Of a DNA stretch of 64,000 bases, positions 12,427 through 26,097 are shown piece by piece. Position numbers and translations under genes: made by a program. Location: assembly GCF_963921235.1 (NCBI RefSeq), contig NC_086097.1, positions 143,470,001-143,534,000 of the forward strand, written 5' to 3'. The number at the start of each line of letters is the position of its first letter. Within the stretch, counting starts at the first letter, position 1. This DNA is from Mobula hypostoma (lineage: Eukaryota). The notes under the pieces are model-generated. The model made no database searches. It was given only the letters and a program-made list of their open reading frames with translations, and was not told the DNA's origin.

Positions 12427-12615
12427 CAGGGGTAGGCAAGCTTAAGCACAAATGATTTTCTAGCATGCGTTATTCATTAATTTGAGGCAAAACGTAACTA
12501 GATGTACTTAAATGGATAATTCCCATATTTCAAGTTTTTATGGCATTTATCTGGCCCACTGCCCACTCATTAATACGTGATCCGGCCCACAGAGACAAAA
12601 AGGTTGCCGTCCCTG
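12427..12615. mobile_element. hAT (Charlie/Buster-type) MITE
   Basis: Perfect 8-bp TSD TTCTAGAG (12419-12426, 12616-12623); imperfect TIRs CAGGGGTAGGCAAGCTT / AAAGGTTGCCGTCCCTG. Confidence 0.9.
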
Positions 12616-13225
12616 TTCTAGAGCAATTCACCAATGTTTCTTCAACCATGACAACTACTAGTAAGAACTAGTGTAGCATACAAATACAAGTTTTTGTTCA
12701 TGCCTCGTGTTACCTGGAATTATATTGGTTTTCCTTCATGAACTCTGAGTCAGATTCCTGGAACTATTTATTTTTCAGAACTATGGCAGCACTTTCATGA
12801 GACAGAGAGTAGAAATTCAAAGACAATAGTTCACCATGGCCTCCTCAAGAGTAATCAGACATGGCCACTAAATGCTGGTTTTAATATAATGCGCAAATTT
12901 GCATAAACATAAATAAATAAATTATATCCCTTGCATTTTTCACCATGCCCAGCAGATGGCAGACTCTGTTCATTTGTTAGGCACTACTGTACAGAAATAA
13001 GGCCCAATTCACAAAAAACACTCTCACAGAATTATAGCTTATTCCAAATTTTCTAATTAGAGGCAACACGGCAACATTTTGTATGAAAGTTTATGTTGAT
13101 GTTCATCCTTTGGTTAATCTCCTTCTCAGAATAAGGAAATGTTTTTTTTGGAGAAAACAATTGAATTATCTGCCATCCTGTGGATAAACCATTCAAACAC
13201 TAGCCCGTAGCTCACTCGAGGATAT

Positions 13226-14539
13226 GCTGAGCCTGTCAATTTCATCAACTTTGCTTCTAACTTCCACCCTGCGCTTAAGTTCACTTGGTCTATTTCTGAC
13301 ACCTCCCTCCTCTTTCTCGAACTCACTGACTCTATCTCTGGAGACAAACTGTCGACTGACATCTTTTATAAACCTACCGATTCCCATGGTTATCTTGACT
13401 ACACCTCTCCCTACCCTGTCTCCTGTAAAAACGCGATTCCTTTTTCCCAGTTCCGTTGTCTCCAAGGCGTTAGTTCCCAGGGTGTGGGTTTCCATTCCTG
13501 GACGTCAGAGATTTCCTTCTTCCAAAGAACAGGGTTTCCCTTCCTCCACCTGCATCTCCTCCACTTCCTTAACGTCTGTGCTCACCCCATCTTCCCATCG
13601 CCTTAGCAGTGATAGAGTTCCTCTTGTCCTTACCTGTCACCCCATGAGCCTCTGCATCCAACACATCATCCTCCACGACCTCCACCATCTCCAAAGGGAT
13701 TCTATCACCAAACATATCTTAACCTCCACCCTTCTCTCCGCTTTCTGCAGGGTTTGATCCCTCTGTGATTCCCTGGCCCATTTGTCCCTTCAAACTAATC
13801 TCTCTCCAGTTACTTATTCCTGCCAGCGGTCAAAGCGTTGCTCCTGCCCATTTATTTCCTCCCTCACTTTACAGGGCCCCAAACAGTCCTTCCAAGTAAG
13901 GCAGCACTTGAGTTTGTTAATTCGCTGGTGTCAGCTATTGTGTCCGGTGCTCCCAAAGCAGTTTCCTCTACATTGCTGAGTTCTGTTGTAAATTGGGGAA
14001 ACTGCTTCGACAAGCACCTCTGCTCCATCCACCAAAAGTGGTATTTCCCTGTGGCCAAACGTTTTAATTGTGATTTTCATTCTCATTCCGACACGTGAGT
14101 CAATGGCCTCCTCTTGTGCCAAGGTAAGGCCACCTTCAGGGTGGAAGAGCAACACCATATATCCGTCTGGGAACCCTCCTACCTGATGGCATGAATATCG
14201 TTTCTCCTTCTGGTAAAAAAATTCCTCCCCTCCTCTCTTCTGTTCCCCATTCTGGCCTTTTACCTCATCTCACTTGCCTATCACCTCCCCTGGGTCCCCT
14301 CCTCCTTCCCTTTTCCTGTTGTCCACTCTCCTCTCCAGCCTTCATCTTTCCTACCCACCTGGATTCACCTCTCACTTTCTAGCTATCCTCCTCCTCCTCC
14401 TCCCACCTTTTAAACTGGCATCTTCTCCCTTCCTTTCCAGTCCTGAAGAAGGATCTCGGCCCAAAACGTCGACTGTTCATCCATTTCCATAGATGCTACC
14501 TGACCTGCTGAGTTCCTCCAGCATTTTGAGTCTGTTGCA
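13226..14539 (+). mobile_element. Penelope-like element (RT thumb and GIY-YIG remnant, terminal repeat)
   Basis: DRVPLVLTCHP, QGPKQSFQVRQ, VAKRFN..HSHSD; pyrimidine-rich end with hammerhead-like motif at 14439-14474; candidate TSD AGGATAT (13219-13225, 14540-14546). Confidence 0.85.
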
Positions 14540-14644
14540 AGGATATCTATTATTCTATATGCAAGCTATATCATCCCTTTATGTAAATCTAGGCTGCAAA
14601 TAATAATCTATAAATCATCTAAAATCCATATTTGGGTGCAAGAC

Positions 14645-15512
14645 ACACAACATGGCTTTCTGCAGGGATTGCTCCCTAGGCGACTCCCCCGTCCATTCGT
14701 CCCTCCCCACTGAGCTGGCTCCTGGCACTTATCCTTGCAAGCAGAACAAATGCTCCATCTGCCCCGACACCTCCGCCCTCACTACCATTCAGGGCCCCAA
14801 ACAGTCCTTCCAGGTGAGGCGACACTTCAGCTGTGAGTCTGTTGGGATCGTTTACTGTGTCTGGTGCTCCCAGTGTGGCCACCTGTATATTGGTGACACC
14901 CAATGTAGATCAGGAGACCATTTCACCAAAAAAAAGTGGGATCTCCCAGTGGCCACCCATTTTAATTCCACTTCCCATTCCCATTCCAATATGTCCATCC
15001 ATGGCCTCCTCCACCGTCGTGGAGGCCACACTTAGGCTGGAGGAGCAACACCTTATATTCTGTTTGGAAAGCCTCCAATCTGATGGTATGAACATCGATT
15101 TTTCTAACTTTTGGTAATGCCCCCCTCCATTCACCCCAACTTCACCATTTCCCATCCCTTTTCCCTCTCTCACCTTATCTCCTTGCCCGCCCGTCACCTC
15201 CCTCTGGTGCTCCTCCCCCTTTTCTTTCTTCCATCACCTTCTGTCTCTTTCACCAATCAACTTCCCAGCTCTTTACTTCATCCCTCCCCTCCCAACTTCA
15301 CCTATTGCCTGGCATTTCCCTCTCCCCTCTCCCTACCTTTTAAATCTACTCCTCTGCTTTTTTGTCCGGTCTTGCCGAAGGGTTTCGGCCCAAAACGTTG
15401 ACTGTACTTTTTTCCATAGATGTTACCTGACCTGCTAAGTTCCTCAGCATTTTGTGTGTGTGTTGTCTGGATTTCCGGGGCATCTGCAGATTTTCTCTTA
15501 TTTATGTTTAGA
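14645..15512 (+). mobile_element. Penelope-like element 3' part (GIY-YIG endonuclease remnant)
   Basis: PGTYPCK..KCSICP..FSCESVGIVYCVWCSQCGHLYIGDT..PVATHFNS..RLEEQHLIF..QSDGMNIDF; TSD TGCAAGAC (14637-14644, 15513-15520). Confidence 0.88.
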
Positions 15513-15634
15513 TGCAAGACCATCACTTAATCTTGGTATTTAGTTATTATAGATATGAACTAGAAAAACATCTAATGAATAAAATAACTGAAAATATACT
15601 AAATTGTAACAAATTAAATAAAGTAGGGATGCAG

Positions 15635-17650
15635 CATCAGATGATGTGTTGTAGCTGCACGATACGGAAGCCGGTGGTCCCCACTGGGTTTCCGATGACG
15701 ACATCTGCAGCAAGTATTGGTTGCTTGAGGAACTCAGGCTGATGGGCAATGAGCTGGAGTTTGAGCTTCAACCGTCATGACGCAGCAGGGAGGGGAAGAG
15801 TCACCTGGACGCTGTGTTTCAGGAGGATATTAACTCCATCAAGTCTGGTCTGTGGCCAGGGACAAGAGGGTGTGACTGTGAGTGAGGTAGGTAGAGGATC
15901 GAAGAGGTTTTGCTGGAGGAGTACAGCTCTTTGAGCTTGTCCAACGAGCTCCCTGTGAGGACGAGAGTGAGAGCAGCAGGAAGGAGGAACAACTGAACCA
16001 TGGCACCGTGTTTCAGGAATCATTTATGAGCGAGGAGAGAAGAGAAATACATATGTAATCGGGGATAATACAGTCAAGGGAATAGACACAATTGTCTGTT
16101 GTGAGGATTGAGAGTCCCAAAGGCTGTGCTGTTTTCTGGTGCCTGCATTCGGGACACCTCATCTGACCTGCAGAGGAATTTGGAGGGGAGGGGTGAGATC
16201 CAGTTGTTGCGGTCCATGTAGGTGCCAATGAAGTAGGAAGAATGAGGAAATAAGTTCTGCTGAGGGAATTTGAGCAGCTGGGGACTAAATTAAAATGCAG
16301 AACCAGAAAGGTAATTATCTCTGGATTGTTAGCTGAGCCATGTGCAAATAGGCACAGGGTTAGTAAGATCAGAGAGTTAAATGCGTGGTTTAAAGATTAG
16401 CTTGGGAGAATGTGTGGGATATTGACACAAGTATAGGGGAAGGATGGAGCAGGTTCAATGAGACAGGCTTCACCTGACCTAAGCTGGGATAAGCGTCCTG
16501 GTATATCACATAAATGGGCTGTGTATAGGTCTTTAAATAAAATAGCCGGGGGGGGGGGAAGGGGATATTCCACTGCTTGGAAAAGTACGGATAAAGTAAA
16601 AGGGAAGGTGAGTGCAGGGAATTTATTGAAGTCTCCAGAATAAAGAATATGTCAAAAAGATTAGAGAGAAATAAGTATTTAACTTCAAGCAACCGGGAGA
16701 CAAAACTGAAAAGGAGAGTGGCAGATACAGAGCAAAAGGTGTTAAATTTGAATGCACAGAGTATACGTAATAAGGTCTTTTAGTGCAATTAGAAATCAGC
16801 AGGTAGGATATCGTGGACATCACAGAGTTGTGGTTGAAAGAAGATCACAGCTGGGTGTTTAGGGTAAAGGAACTCTTGTAAGTGGTGATCATGGTACGAT
16901 AGAATTTACCCTGCAGTTTGAGAGGGAGAAGCTAAAATCAGGCGTATCGATATTACGTTGGAGTAAAGGAGCAATAGAGAGGAGCTGGCCAAAGCTGATT
17001 GGGAGGGGACACGAGCATGGATGACAGCAGAGCAGTAACCATTGGAGTTTCTGGGAGTAATTCGGAAGACGCAGGATCAGTTCATCCCAAAGAAGAAGAA
17101 GTATACTGGAGAGATAGTAATGAGGAACATTTACTGAGTACCTTGTGTCAGTCTTCATTGTGAAAGACACATAAGTGCCAGGAATTTGAGAGTGCCAAGG
17201 TGTACAAGGGAGTGTGGTTGTTGCTAAGAAAAAGGTGCTTGGAAAGCTGAAAGAACTGAAGATAGGTAAATCACTTGGATTAGATGGATTACACTCCAGG
17301 GTTCTGAAGGAGGAAACCAAAAAGGTCATGAAGGCATTAGTAGTGATATTTCAATTATTTCTAGATTATGGAATAGTTCTGGACCACTGGAAAATTGCAA
17401 ATGTCACTCCACTCTTTCAGAAAGAAGGAAAACAAAAACAGGAAATTATATACCAGTTAGCCTGAGTTCGATGACTGGCAAAATGTTAATCATTATTGAT
17501 GATGAGTTTTTGGTTACTTGGGGTCACATGATAAAATAGGCTGAAGTCAGCATGGTTTCCTTAAGGGGAAATATTGCCTGACAAATTTGTTGGAATTATT
17601 AGAGGAAATAACAGGCAGGGCAGACAAAGGAGAGTGAGTGGATGTTAATT
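15635..17650 (+). mobile_element. Degenerate CR1 LINE (ORF1 zinc finger/leucine zipper and esterase; ORF2 EN/RT fragments)
   Basis: ORF1-like C..C/LEELRL..ELE, VHVGANEVG esterase motif; ORF2 KSLGLDGLHSRVLKE..WKIANVTPLF; may resume at 22040. Confidence 0.75.
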
Positions 17651-20600
17651 ACATAGAACACAGAACATAGAAATCTACAGCACATTACAGGCCCTTCAGC
17701 CCACAATGTTGTGCCAACCATGTAACCTACTCTAGAAACTACCTAGAATTTCCCTACCACATAGCCCTGTATTTTTCAAAGCTTCATGTACCTAAGTGTC
17801 TCTTAAAATACTCTCTCCCTCCCTCGCCTCCCCCCACTCTCTCCCTTCCTCGCCTCCCCCCACTCTCTCCCTCCCTCGCCTCCCCCCACTCTCTCCCTCC
17901 CTCACCTCCCCCCACTGTCTCCCTCCCTCGCCTCCCCCCACTGTCTCCCTTCCTCGCCTCCCCCCACTCTCTCCCTTTCTCGCCTCCCCCCACTCTCTCC
18001 CTCCCTCGCCTCCCCCCACTCTCTCCCTCCCTCGTCTCTACCACCATCACTGGCAGTGCATTCCACACACCCACCATTCTCTGTGTGAAAAACTTACCTC
18101 TGACATCCCCATGTACTTATTTCCAGGCACATGAAAGGTATGGCCCCTTGTGTTACCATTTCATCCCTGAGAAAATGCCTCTGGCTATCCACACAATCAA
18201 TGCCTTTCATCATTTTATACACCTCTATCAGCTCACCTCTCATCCTTTGTCGCTCCAAGCTAAGTTCACTCAACCTATTCTCATAAGGCACGCTCTCCAA
18301 TCTCGGCAACATCCTTGTAAATCTCCTCTGCACTCTCTCCATAGTATCCACATCCTTCCTGTAGTGAGGAGACCAGAACTGAACACGGTACTCCAAGTGG
18401 GGTCTGACCAAGGTCTTGTATAGCTGTAACATTACCTCATGGCTCTTGAAATCAACCCTACATTTGATGAAGGCCAACACACCATATGCCTTCTTAACAA
18501 CACTGTCAATCTGTGCAGCAGCTTTAAATGTCCTATGGACATGGTCCCCAAGATCTCTCTGATCCTCCACACTGCCAAGAGTCTTACTACTAATATTATA
18601 TTCTGTCTTCAAATTTGACCTACCAAAATGAACCACTTCACACTTACCAGGATTGAACTCCATCCACTACTTCTCACCCCAGTTCTGTATCCTATTGATG
18701 GCCCTCTGTAACCTCTCACAACCCTCCAGACTATCATAACACCCCCAACTTTTGTGTCAATAGCAAACTTACTAACCCACCCTTCTACTTCCTCATCCAG
18801 GTCATTTATAAAAATCATGAAGAGGAGGGGTGGAAGAAAAGATCCCTGCAGAACACACTGGTGACCGACCTCCATGCAGAATACGAACCACCTACAACCA
18901 CCTTTTGCTTTCTGTTTGCAAGCCAAATCTGGATCCACCATGCAAGGTCTCCTTGGATCCCATGCCTCCTTAATTTCTGAATGAGCCTTACATGGAGAAC
19001 CTTATCAAATGCCTTACTGAAGTCCGTACGCACGACTTCACTACTGTACCTTCACCAATGTGTTTTGTTACATTCTTAAAGAAGTCAATCCTGCTTATAA
19101 GGAACAACCTACCCTTGACAAAGCCATGCGGACTATCCCTAATCAGATTATGTCTCTCCAAGTGTTCATAAATCTGCCTCTCAGGATCTTCTGCAACAAC
19201 TTGCCCACCACTGATGTCAGACTCACTGGTCTATAATTTCCTTGGTTATCTCTACCCCCTTTCTTGAACAAAGGAACAACATTTGCAACCCTCCAATCCT
19301 CCGGAACTTCTGCCATCCCTATTAATGAGGCAAAAGTCATCGTCAGAGGCCCAGCAGTCTTCTCCCTTGCTTCCCACAGCAGCCTGGTATATATCTCGTC
19401 TGGACCCGGTGACTTACCTAACAGTACTTTTCAGAAGTTCCAGCACATCCACTTTCTTAATGTCTATATGCTCAAGCTTTTCAGTCTGCTGTAAGTCATC
19501 CCCACAGTTGCCAAAGCAATTTTTCATGGTGAATACTGAAGCAAAGTATTAAGTACCTCCTCTGCCTCTTCCGACTCCATGCACATGTTTCCATTATCAC
19601 AGGTGATCGGTCCTAATCTCACACGACTCATCCTCTTGCTCTTCACATACTTGCAGAATACCTTGGGGGTTTTCCTTAATCTTGCTCGCCAAGACCTTCT
19701 CATGGCCCCTTCTAGCTCTCCTAATTTCATGCTCCTTTTTGGCAACATTGTAATTTTCTAGAGCTCTAACAGTACCTAGTTTCTTGAACCTTTTGTAAGG
19801 TTTTCTTTTCTTCTTAACTAGATTTTCTACATCCTTTGTACACCATGGTTCTTTTAGCCTACCATCTTCTCCCTGCCTCAATGGAACATACCTATGCAGA
19901 ATGCCACTGAACATTTGCCACAATTCTGTCGTACATTTCCCTGAGAACATCTGCTCCCAAGTTTCTGCCTAATAGCATCATAGTTCCCCCTACCCCAATT
20001 AAATGGTTTCCCAAATTGTTTGCTTCTCCAGTGCTATTGTAAAGGAGATAGAGTTGTGATTACTATCTCCACAATGCTCTCCCACCGAGAGATCCGACAT
20101 CTGACCACATTCATTTCCCAATACCAGATCAAGTACTGCCTCTCCTCTCCTTGGCTTATCAATATACTGCGCCAGGAAACCTTCCTGAACATACCTAGCA
20201 AACTTCACCCCATCCAAACCCCTTGCTGTAAGCAGATGCCAGGCCAATATTAGGAAAGTTAAATAACCCATCACAACAACCCTATTATTATTGCATCATT
20301 CCAGAATCTGCCTCCCTATCTGCTCCTTGATGTCTCTGTCACTATTATGGGATCTATAAAAAACACCCAGTAGAGTTATTGCCCCCTTCCTGTTTCTGAC
20401 TTCCACGCACAATGACTCAGTAGACAATCCCCATGACTTCTTCCTTTTCTGCAGCTGTGATGCTATTCCTGATTAGCAATGCCACACGCCCCCACCTCTT
20501 TTGCTTCCCTCCCTGTCCTTTTTGAAACATCTGAAACCTAGCACACTCAGCAGCCAATCCTGCCCCTGAGACATCCAAGTCTCTGTAATGGCCACAACAT

Positions 20601-21428
20601 CATAGCTCCACATATTGATCCACGGTCTAAGTTCACCTGCCTTGTTAATAATACTCCTTGCATTAAAATAGGCACATCTCAAACCATCAGTCTGACTGCA
20701 TCTTTGCTCTTTCACCTGCCTATCCTTCCTCACAAACTCCCTACAATCTGTCTCTACTTGTGCACCAACCACCCCATCCTCTGTCTCTTCACTTCAGTTC
20801 CCACCCCCAGCAAATCTATTTAAACCCTCCCCAATAGCATTAGCAAACCTCCTTCCCAGGATATTGGTTCCCCTCCAGTTCAGGTGCAACTTGTCCCATT
20901 GTACAGGTCACCCTTCCCTTCAAGAATATTCTCCAACTGCTCAGGGACATCCTGGACCCTAGTACTCGGGAGGCAACACATTATCCTGGCATCTCTTTTG
21001 CTGCTGCAGGATCTCCTATTTATCCCTCTAACTATCAAGTCCCCCATGACTATTGTTCCACCTGACTTCACCATACCCTTCTGAGGTTCAGAGCCAAACA
21101 CAGTGCTATTGATCTGGCTGTTGCTGCCTTGCCCAGACAGGTCATATCCCTCAGCAGTATCCAAAGGGATATACCTGTTGCTGAAGGGAATGGCCACAGG
21201 GGGACTCTGCACTGACTTCTTTCTCCCTTTACCTCTCTCGGTATTCACCCATCTATTCCCTCAATTCCTGCACTCTGGGTGTAACCGCCTGTTCAAAAGT
21301 CTTGTCTATTGATTGCTCTGCCTCTCGGATGATCCTTAGTTCATCCATCTCCAGCTCCAGCTCCTTAATGTGGTCTTCCAGGAGCTGGAATTGGCTGCAC
21401 TTCCCGCAGGTGTAGTCTTCAGGACGAC
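17651..21428 (-). mobile_element. Near full-length degenerate CR1 LINE
   Basis: ORF1 (YTCGKC..LELEMDELR; SNRY; IVMGD), endonuclease (YFNARSI..VVAITETW), RT ([43 protein letters not shown]), and TTCTATGT tail. Confidence 0.92.
17811..18036. repeat. 26-bp minisatellite (CTCTCTCCCTCCCTCGCCTCCCCCCA), about 8.5 copies, inside the CR1 3' end
   Basis: Units read directly, starting at 17811, 17837 and so on; explains the spurious repetitive ORFs at 17784-18134. Confidence 0.95.
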
Positions 21429-22037
21429 CATCAGGAGCAGAATTAGGCCATTTGGCCCATCGAGTCTGCTCCACCATTCAATCATGGCCGATCCTCTTTT
21501 TTCCTCCTCCTCAGCCTCATTTCTTGGCCTTCTCCCCCTAATCTTTGATGCCATGTCCAATCAAGAACCTATCAATCTCTGCCTTAAATACACCCAATGA
21601 CCTAGCCTCCACAACTGCATGTGGCAACAAATTCCACAAATTCACCACCCTCTGGCGAAAGAAATTTCTCCGCATCTCTGTTTTGAATGGTCGCCTCTCT
21701 ATCCTGAGGTTGTACCACCTTGTCCTAGACTCCTCCACCATGGGAAACACCCTTTTCACATCTACTCTGTCTAGGCCTTTCAACATTCAAAAGGTTTCAA
21801 TGAGACTCCCCCCTGCATCCTTCTAAATTCCAGTGAGTACAGACCCAGAGCCATCAAATGCTCCTCGTATGATAACCCTTTCGTTCCTGGAATCATCCTT
21901 GTGAACCTCCTCTGGACCTTCTCCAATGCCAGATGAGGGGCCCAAAACTGTCCACAATACTCAAGGTGACGCCTCACCAGTGCCTTATAAAGCCTCAGCA
22001 TCACATCCCTGCTCTTGTATTCTAGACCTCTTGAAAT
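21429..22037 (-). mobile_element. CR1 LINE 3' fragment
   Basis: MLRLYKALVRRHLEYC..RNFFRQRVVNLWN; 3' hairpin gggccaaatggcctaattctgctcc. Confidence 0.85.
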
Positions 22038-22039
22038 GT

Positions 22040-23300
22040 TGGGTCAGTATTAAACAAGGCAAATATAATGTTAGCAATCATTTACAGAGAACTGGAATAT
22101 AGAAGAAAGGATGTAATGCTGAGGCTTTATAAGGTATTGGTCAGACTGCATTTGGAGTAAGAAAGGATGTGCTGGCATTGGAGAGAATCCAGAGAAGATT
22201 CATGAGAATTATCCCAGGAATAAAAAGGTTAAGGAGCAATTGATAGGTCTGGATCTGTACTCACTGGAGTTTGGAAGAAAGAGGGGGTGATCTTATTGAA
22301 ACCTACTGAATATTGAAAGGTCTATGTAGAATGGACATGGAGAGGATGTTCCCTGTAGTGGGAGAGTGTAGAACTGGAGGGCACAGCCTCAGAAAACAAG
22401 GACATCCCCTTTTCGGAGAGGTCAGGAGGAATTACCTTAGCCAAAGGGTGTCAAATCTTTGGAATTCATGGCCACAGACAGCTGTGGAGGACCAGACATT
22501 AGGTATATTTAAAGCAGAGGTTGATAGCATTTTGGCATCAAAGTTTATGGAGAGACGGCTGGAGAATGTGGTTGAAAGGGAAAATAAATCAGCATGATCG
22601 AATGGCAAAGTGTACTCAGTGGGCTGAATAGCCTAATTCTGCTCCTATGTCTTATGGTCTCAGCTTCTGTTAAACTAAATGGCATCATAAAAGGTTCAAG
22701 GGGGCACAGATTCACAAATCATTAAAAATAACAAAATTACAAAAAATATCAAACAGTACAGGATTCACTTCTTGAGAAATAAAATTAATATACATAGTAG
22801 TTAGGATAAACTTATGAAACTACTTCCATTACAAATCGACAGAAAAGATATAAAGCTGGAAAGAAAGTGTGAGAAAGAAGGTTACAGTCCAGATACTTAG
22901 TCGGTACAAGAAACCTCTGTTTATTTCTCTAGACAGAGAGGCAGACAGATAGATTTGGAAGAGGAGAGCATAGCATATCTAAGCTTGCTGATGACACTAA
23001 ATTAAGTGGAAAAGCAAACTCTGCAGAGGACGCAGGATTCGGGTGAATAGATTTTCCCAGCAAGTAGTGAATCTGTGGAATTCTTTGCCCAGGGAAGCAG
23101 TTGTGGCTACTTCATAAAATATATTTAAGACATAGATGTGTTTTTTTTTTGCACAGCAGGGCAATTAAGGGGTATCGAGAAAGGACAGGTCAGTGGAGCT
23201 GAGTCCATGGCCAGATTGGCCATGATCTTGTTGAATGATGGAGCAGACTCGATCGGTCAGATGGTCTACCCCTGTTCCTATTTATTACGTTCTATTATGT
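22040..23300 (+). mobile_element. CR1 LINE 3' fragments (22040-22660 and about 22960-23300)
   Basis: ORF 22313-22597 RNYLSQRVSNLWNS and CR1 3'-UTR motifs. Confidence 0.75.
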
Positions 23301-24233
23301 AATCGTTCCTTGACACAACAAAAACCTTATCCTTGTTTAGACCAGTTTTCAACTGATTCTGAGGACAGTATTATATCTAAACAATTAAAATAAAATTTAT
23401 CATTTTTTGTTATTGTATTTGAACAGTCGATTGCAGTCAGAGAGAGAGTTTGCTGAAAATACTGCCATTTAGTTATTTAGTGCACGTTCTACATTTTAAA
23501 AAGACCAAAGACATCAATTTTATATAAAGTACAGATTGGGTTGGGTTTGTTTGAAGCCAGGTATGGGTAAGGGAGAAAGATTTTGCGAATTAGAATCTGT
23601 TTGCAATAAATACACATGAGAAGATTTTGATTCAGCTGGGATGCCAGTCAAATACTTGCACACCAATCTCTCTCTAGGCTCTCACATGGAGCATGGCCTT
23701 TAGTGTAAAAGTATTTTGCAAAGGTGCTGGTGATGGAGAGAAATGGAAACTGAATCGGGAATAAATTTATTTATGTAAGCATCATTCAAGCAGCAGAGGT
23801 CAGAAGACATATATCTATTTCAGATACTCATGATATTTCCAGCCTTCTGCATTGGTTTTCTTAATGGTAAGTTATATACTGCACAGTTGATACCCAACAC
23901 CAGCAGTACGATGTTTAGTTGCCACTACCTGGTAAATTAACAAATGACTGCAAACTCCTCTCAATACTTTTATCATAGGAAGTGACCTCTGAGATAGTCC
24001 CTTAGGGCCCAAGAATGGTAGATTCTTGCTCTACCTCGAATCCAATTCTTTGCAGAGCATAGCAACTGAAGTGTGCAGACTTCCCTGCTGGGCTTTTGTT
24101 TTTGCCTCAGTCTTACTGCTTCTCCCAGACACTTCTATTACTTAACCATCCCTAAATTGTAAAGCTAGATAATTAAAGGAAGACGAAGATGCCTTTACAT
24201 AATGCAACAATTTGGTGAAGGAAATCAGTTGGT

Positions 24234-25103
24234 CCATAACAACATAAGACCATAAGTCATAGGATCAGAATTAGATCATTCAGTCTGCTTCGCCATTCCT
24301 CCATGGTTAATCCCGGATCCCATTCAACCCCATACACCTGCCTTCTCGCCATATTCTTTGATGCCCTGACTGATCAGGAAACGATCAACTTCCACTTCAA
24401 TATATCCACTGAATTGGCCTCCACCGCAGTCTGTGGCAGAGCATTCCACAGATTAGCTACTCTCTGGGTAAAAAAAAAATCCTCCTTACCTCTTCTGAAA
24501 GGTCGCCCCTCAATTTTGAGGCTGTGCCCACTAGTTCTGGGTACCCCCACCAGAGGAAACGTCCTCTCTATATCCACCCTATCGAGTCCTTTCAACATTG
24601 GGTAGGTTTCAATGAGATGTACACACATTCTTCTAAACTTCAGTGAGTACAGGCCCAAAGCTGCTAAATGCTCCTCATATGTTAACCCCTTCATTCCCAG
24701 AATCATCCTTGTGAACTTCTTCTGGACTCTCTACAATGACAACACATCCTTTCTGAGATTTGAGGCCCAAAACTGTTGACAATACTCCAGTGCGGCCTGA
24801 CTAGTGTCTTATAAAGGTTTAGCATAATCTTCTTGCTTTTATATTCTATTCCCCTTGAAATAAATGCCAAAAATACATTTGCCTTCTTTACCACAGACTC
24901 AGTCTGTGAATTAATCTTCTGGGAGTCTTGCAGGAGGACTCCTAAATCCCTTTGCCCCTCTGATGTTTGAAATTTCTCCCCATTAAGATAATAATCTGCA
25001 CTATTGTTCCTTTTACCAAAATGCATTATCATATATTTCCCAGCACTGTATTTCATCTGCCACTTTTTTGCCCATTCTTCCAATTTGTCTAAGTCCTGCA
25101 GCC
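24234..25103 (-). mobile_element. CR1 LINE 3' fragment
   Basis: EWAKKWQMKY..QRDLGV..LYKTLVRPH..FFTQRVANLWNALP. Confidence 0.88.
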
Positions 25104-25397
25104 TGTATGGGAGAAAAGGAATTGTTGATGTTTTGGGTCAAAAATCTGAAGAACTTCGACACAAAATGTTTTCAACTTGAAATATTAACAGTTCATTTCC
25201 TCTTACAGGTGCTGTTTGACCCACTGAGTTCTTTCAGCAGATTGTTTGTTGCATCACGTAAAGGTTTTTGTATTTATCTACCTTCCGCAATTATTACATA
25301 CAATTTAGGGAGGATTAAGGAACATGCTTACTTGAGTGGGTTGATTTAGAATAGTGGTTAGGTTAAATGGCCAATATATCCTACTACTGTGTCATGT

Positions 25398-25935
25398 ATA
25401 CTCAGTGGTCACTCTGTTAGGTATACCTGTATGTTAATGCAAATATCTAATCAGCCAATCACATGGCAGCAACTCAATGCATAAAAGCATATAGATGTGG
25501 TCAAGAGGTCCAGTTGTTGTTCAGACCAAACATCAGATTGGAGAGGAAATGTGATCTAAGTGACTTGGACCATGGAATTATTGTTGGTGCCGGACAGAGT
25601 GGCTTGAACATCCCAGAAACCCCTGATCTCTGAAGATTTTCACAGACAACAGTCTCTAGAGTTTACAGAGAATGGTGTGAAGAACAAACAAAAAAATCTA
25701 GTAGGTGGCAGCTCTGTGGATGAAAATTCCTTTTTCATGAGCGATGTCAGAGGAGAATGGTCAACCAGGTTTAAGTAGTCAGGAAGGTGACAATTACTTA
25801 AATAACCATGTGTTACAACAGTGGTATGTAGAAGAACCTTCAACTTTGAAGTGGATAGTCTACAGGAATAGGAAACCACAAACGTGCACTCAGTGGCACT
25901 TTCTAAGGAACAGGAGGTAACTAATAAAGTGTTGT
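25398..25935 (+). mobile_element. Internally deleted Tc1-like transposon
   Basis: TIR-like ctcagtggtcactctgttaggtatacc..ggtaactaataaagtg; transposase HTH remnant KCDLSDLDHGIIVGAGQSGLNIPETPDL*RFSQTTVSRVYREWCE. Confidence 0.8.
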
Positions 25936-26097
25936 TCAACAGGCAACAATATATCTCAACACAAACAACATACGCATATAGAGATTTAGAAAAGAAACGA
26001 TTCAAGCCACTGTCATAGAAGCATAAATGGAAAATAAATCAATATTGAACCAAAGGAGCTGATATTGAAAGGGATGGGTGGACACATAAAAAGATAA

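Noticed and set aside
17784..18134. Repetitive Gly/Arg/Glu-rich and Pro/Ser-rich ORFs
   Set aside because: Translations of the 26-bp minisatellite in several frames, not a gene.
23824..23866. Possible 43-nt exon (cag|ATACTC...AATG|gtaagt)
   Set aside because: Good donor but weak polypyrimidine tract, no recognisable product and no partner exons; likely chance.
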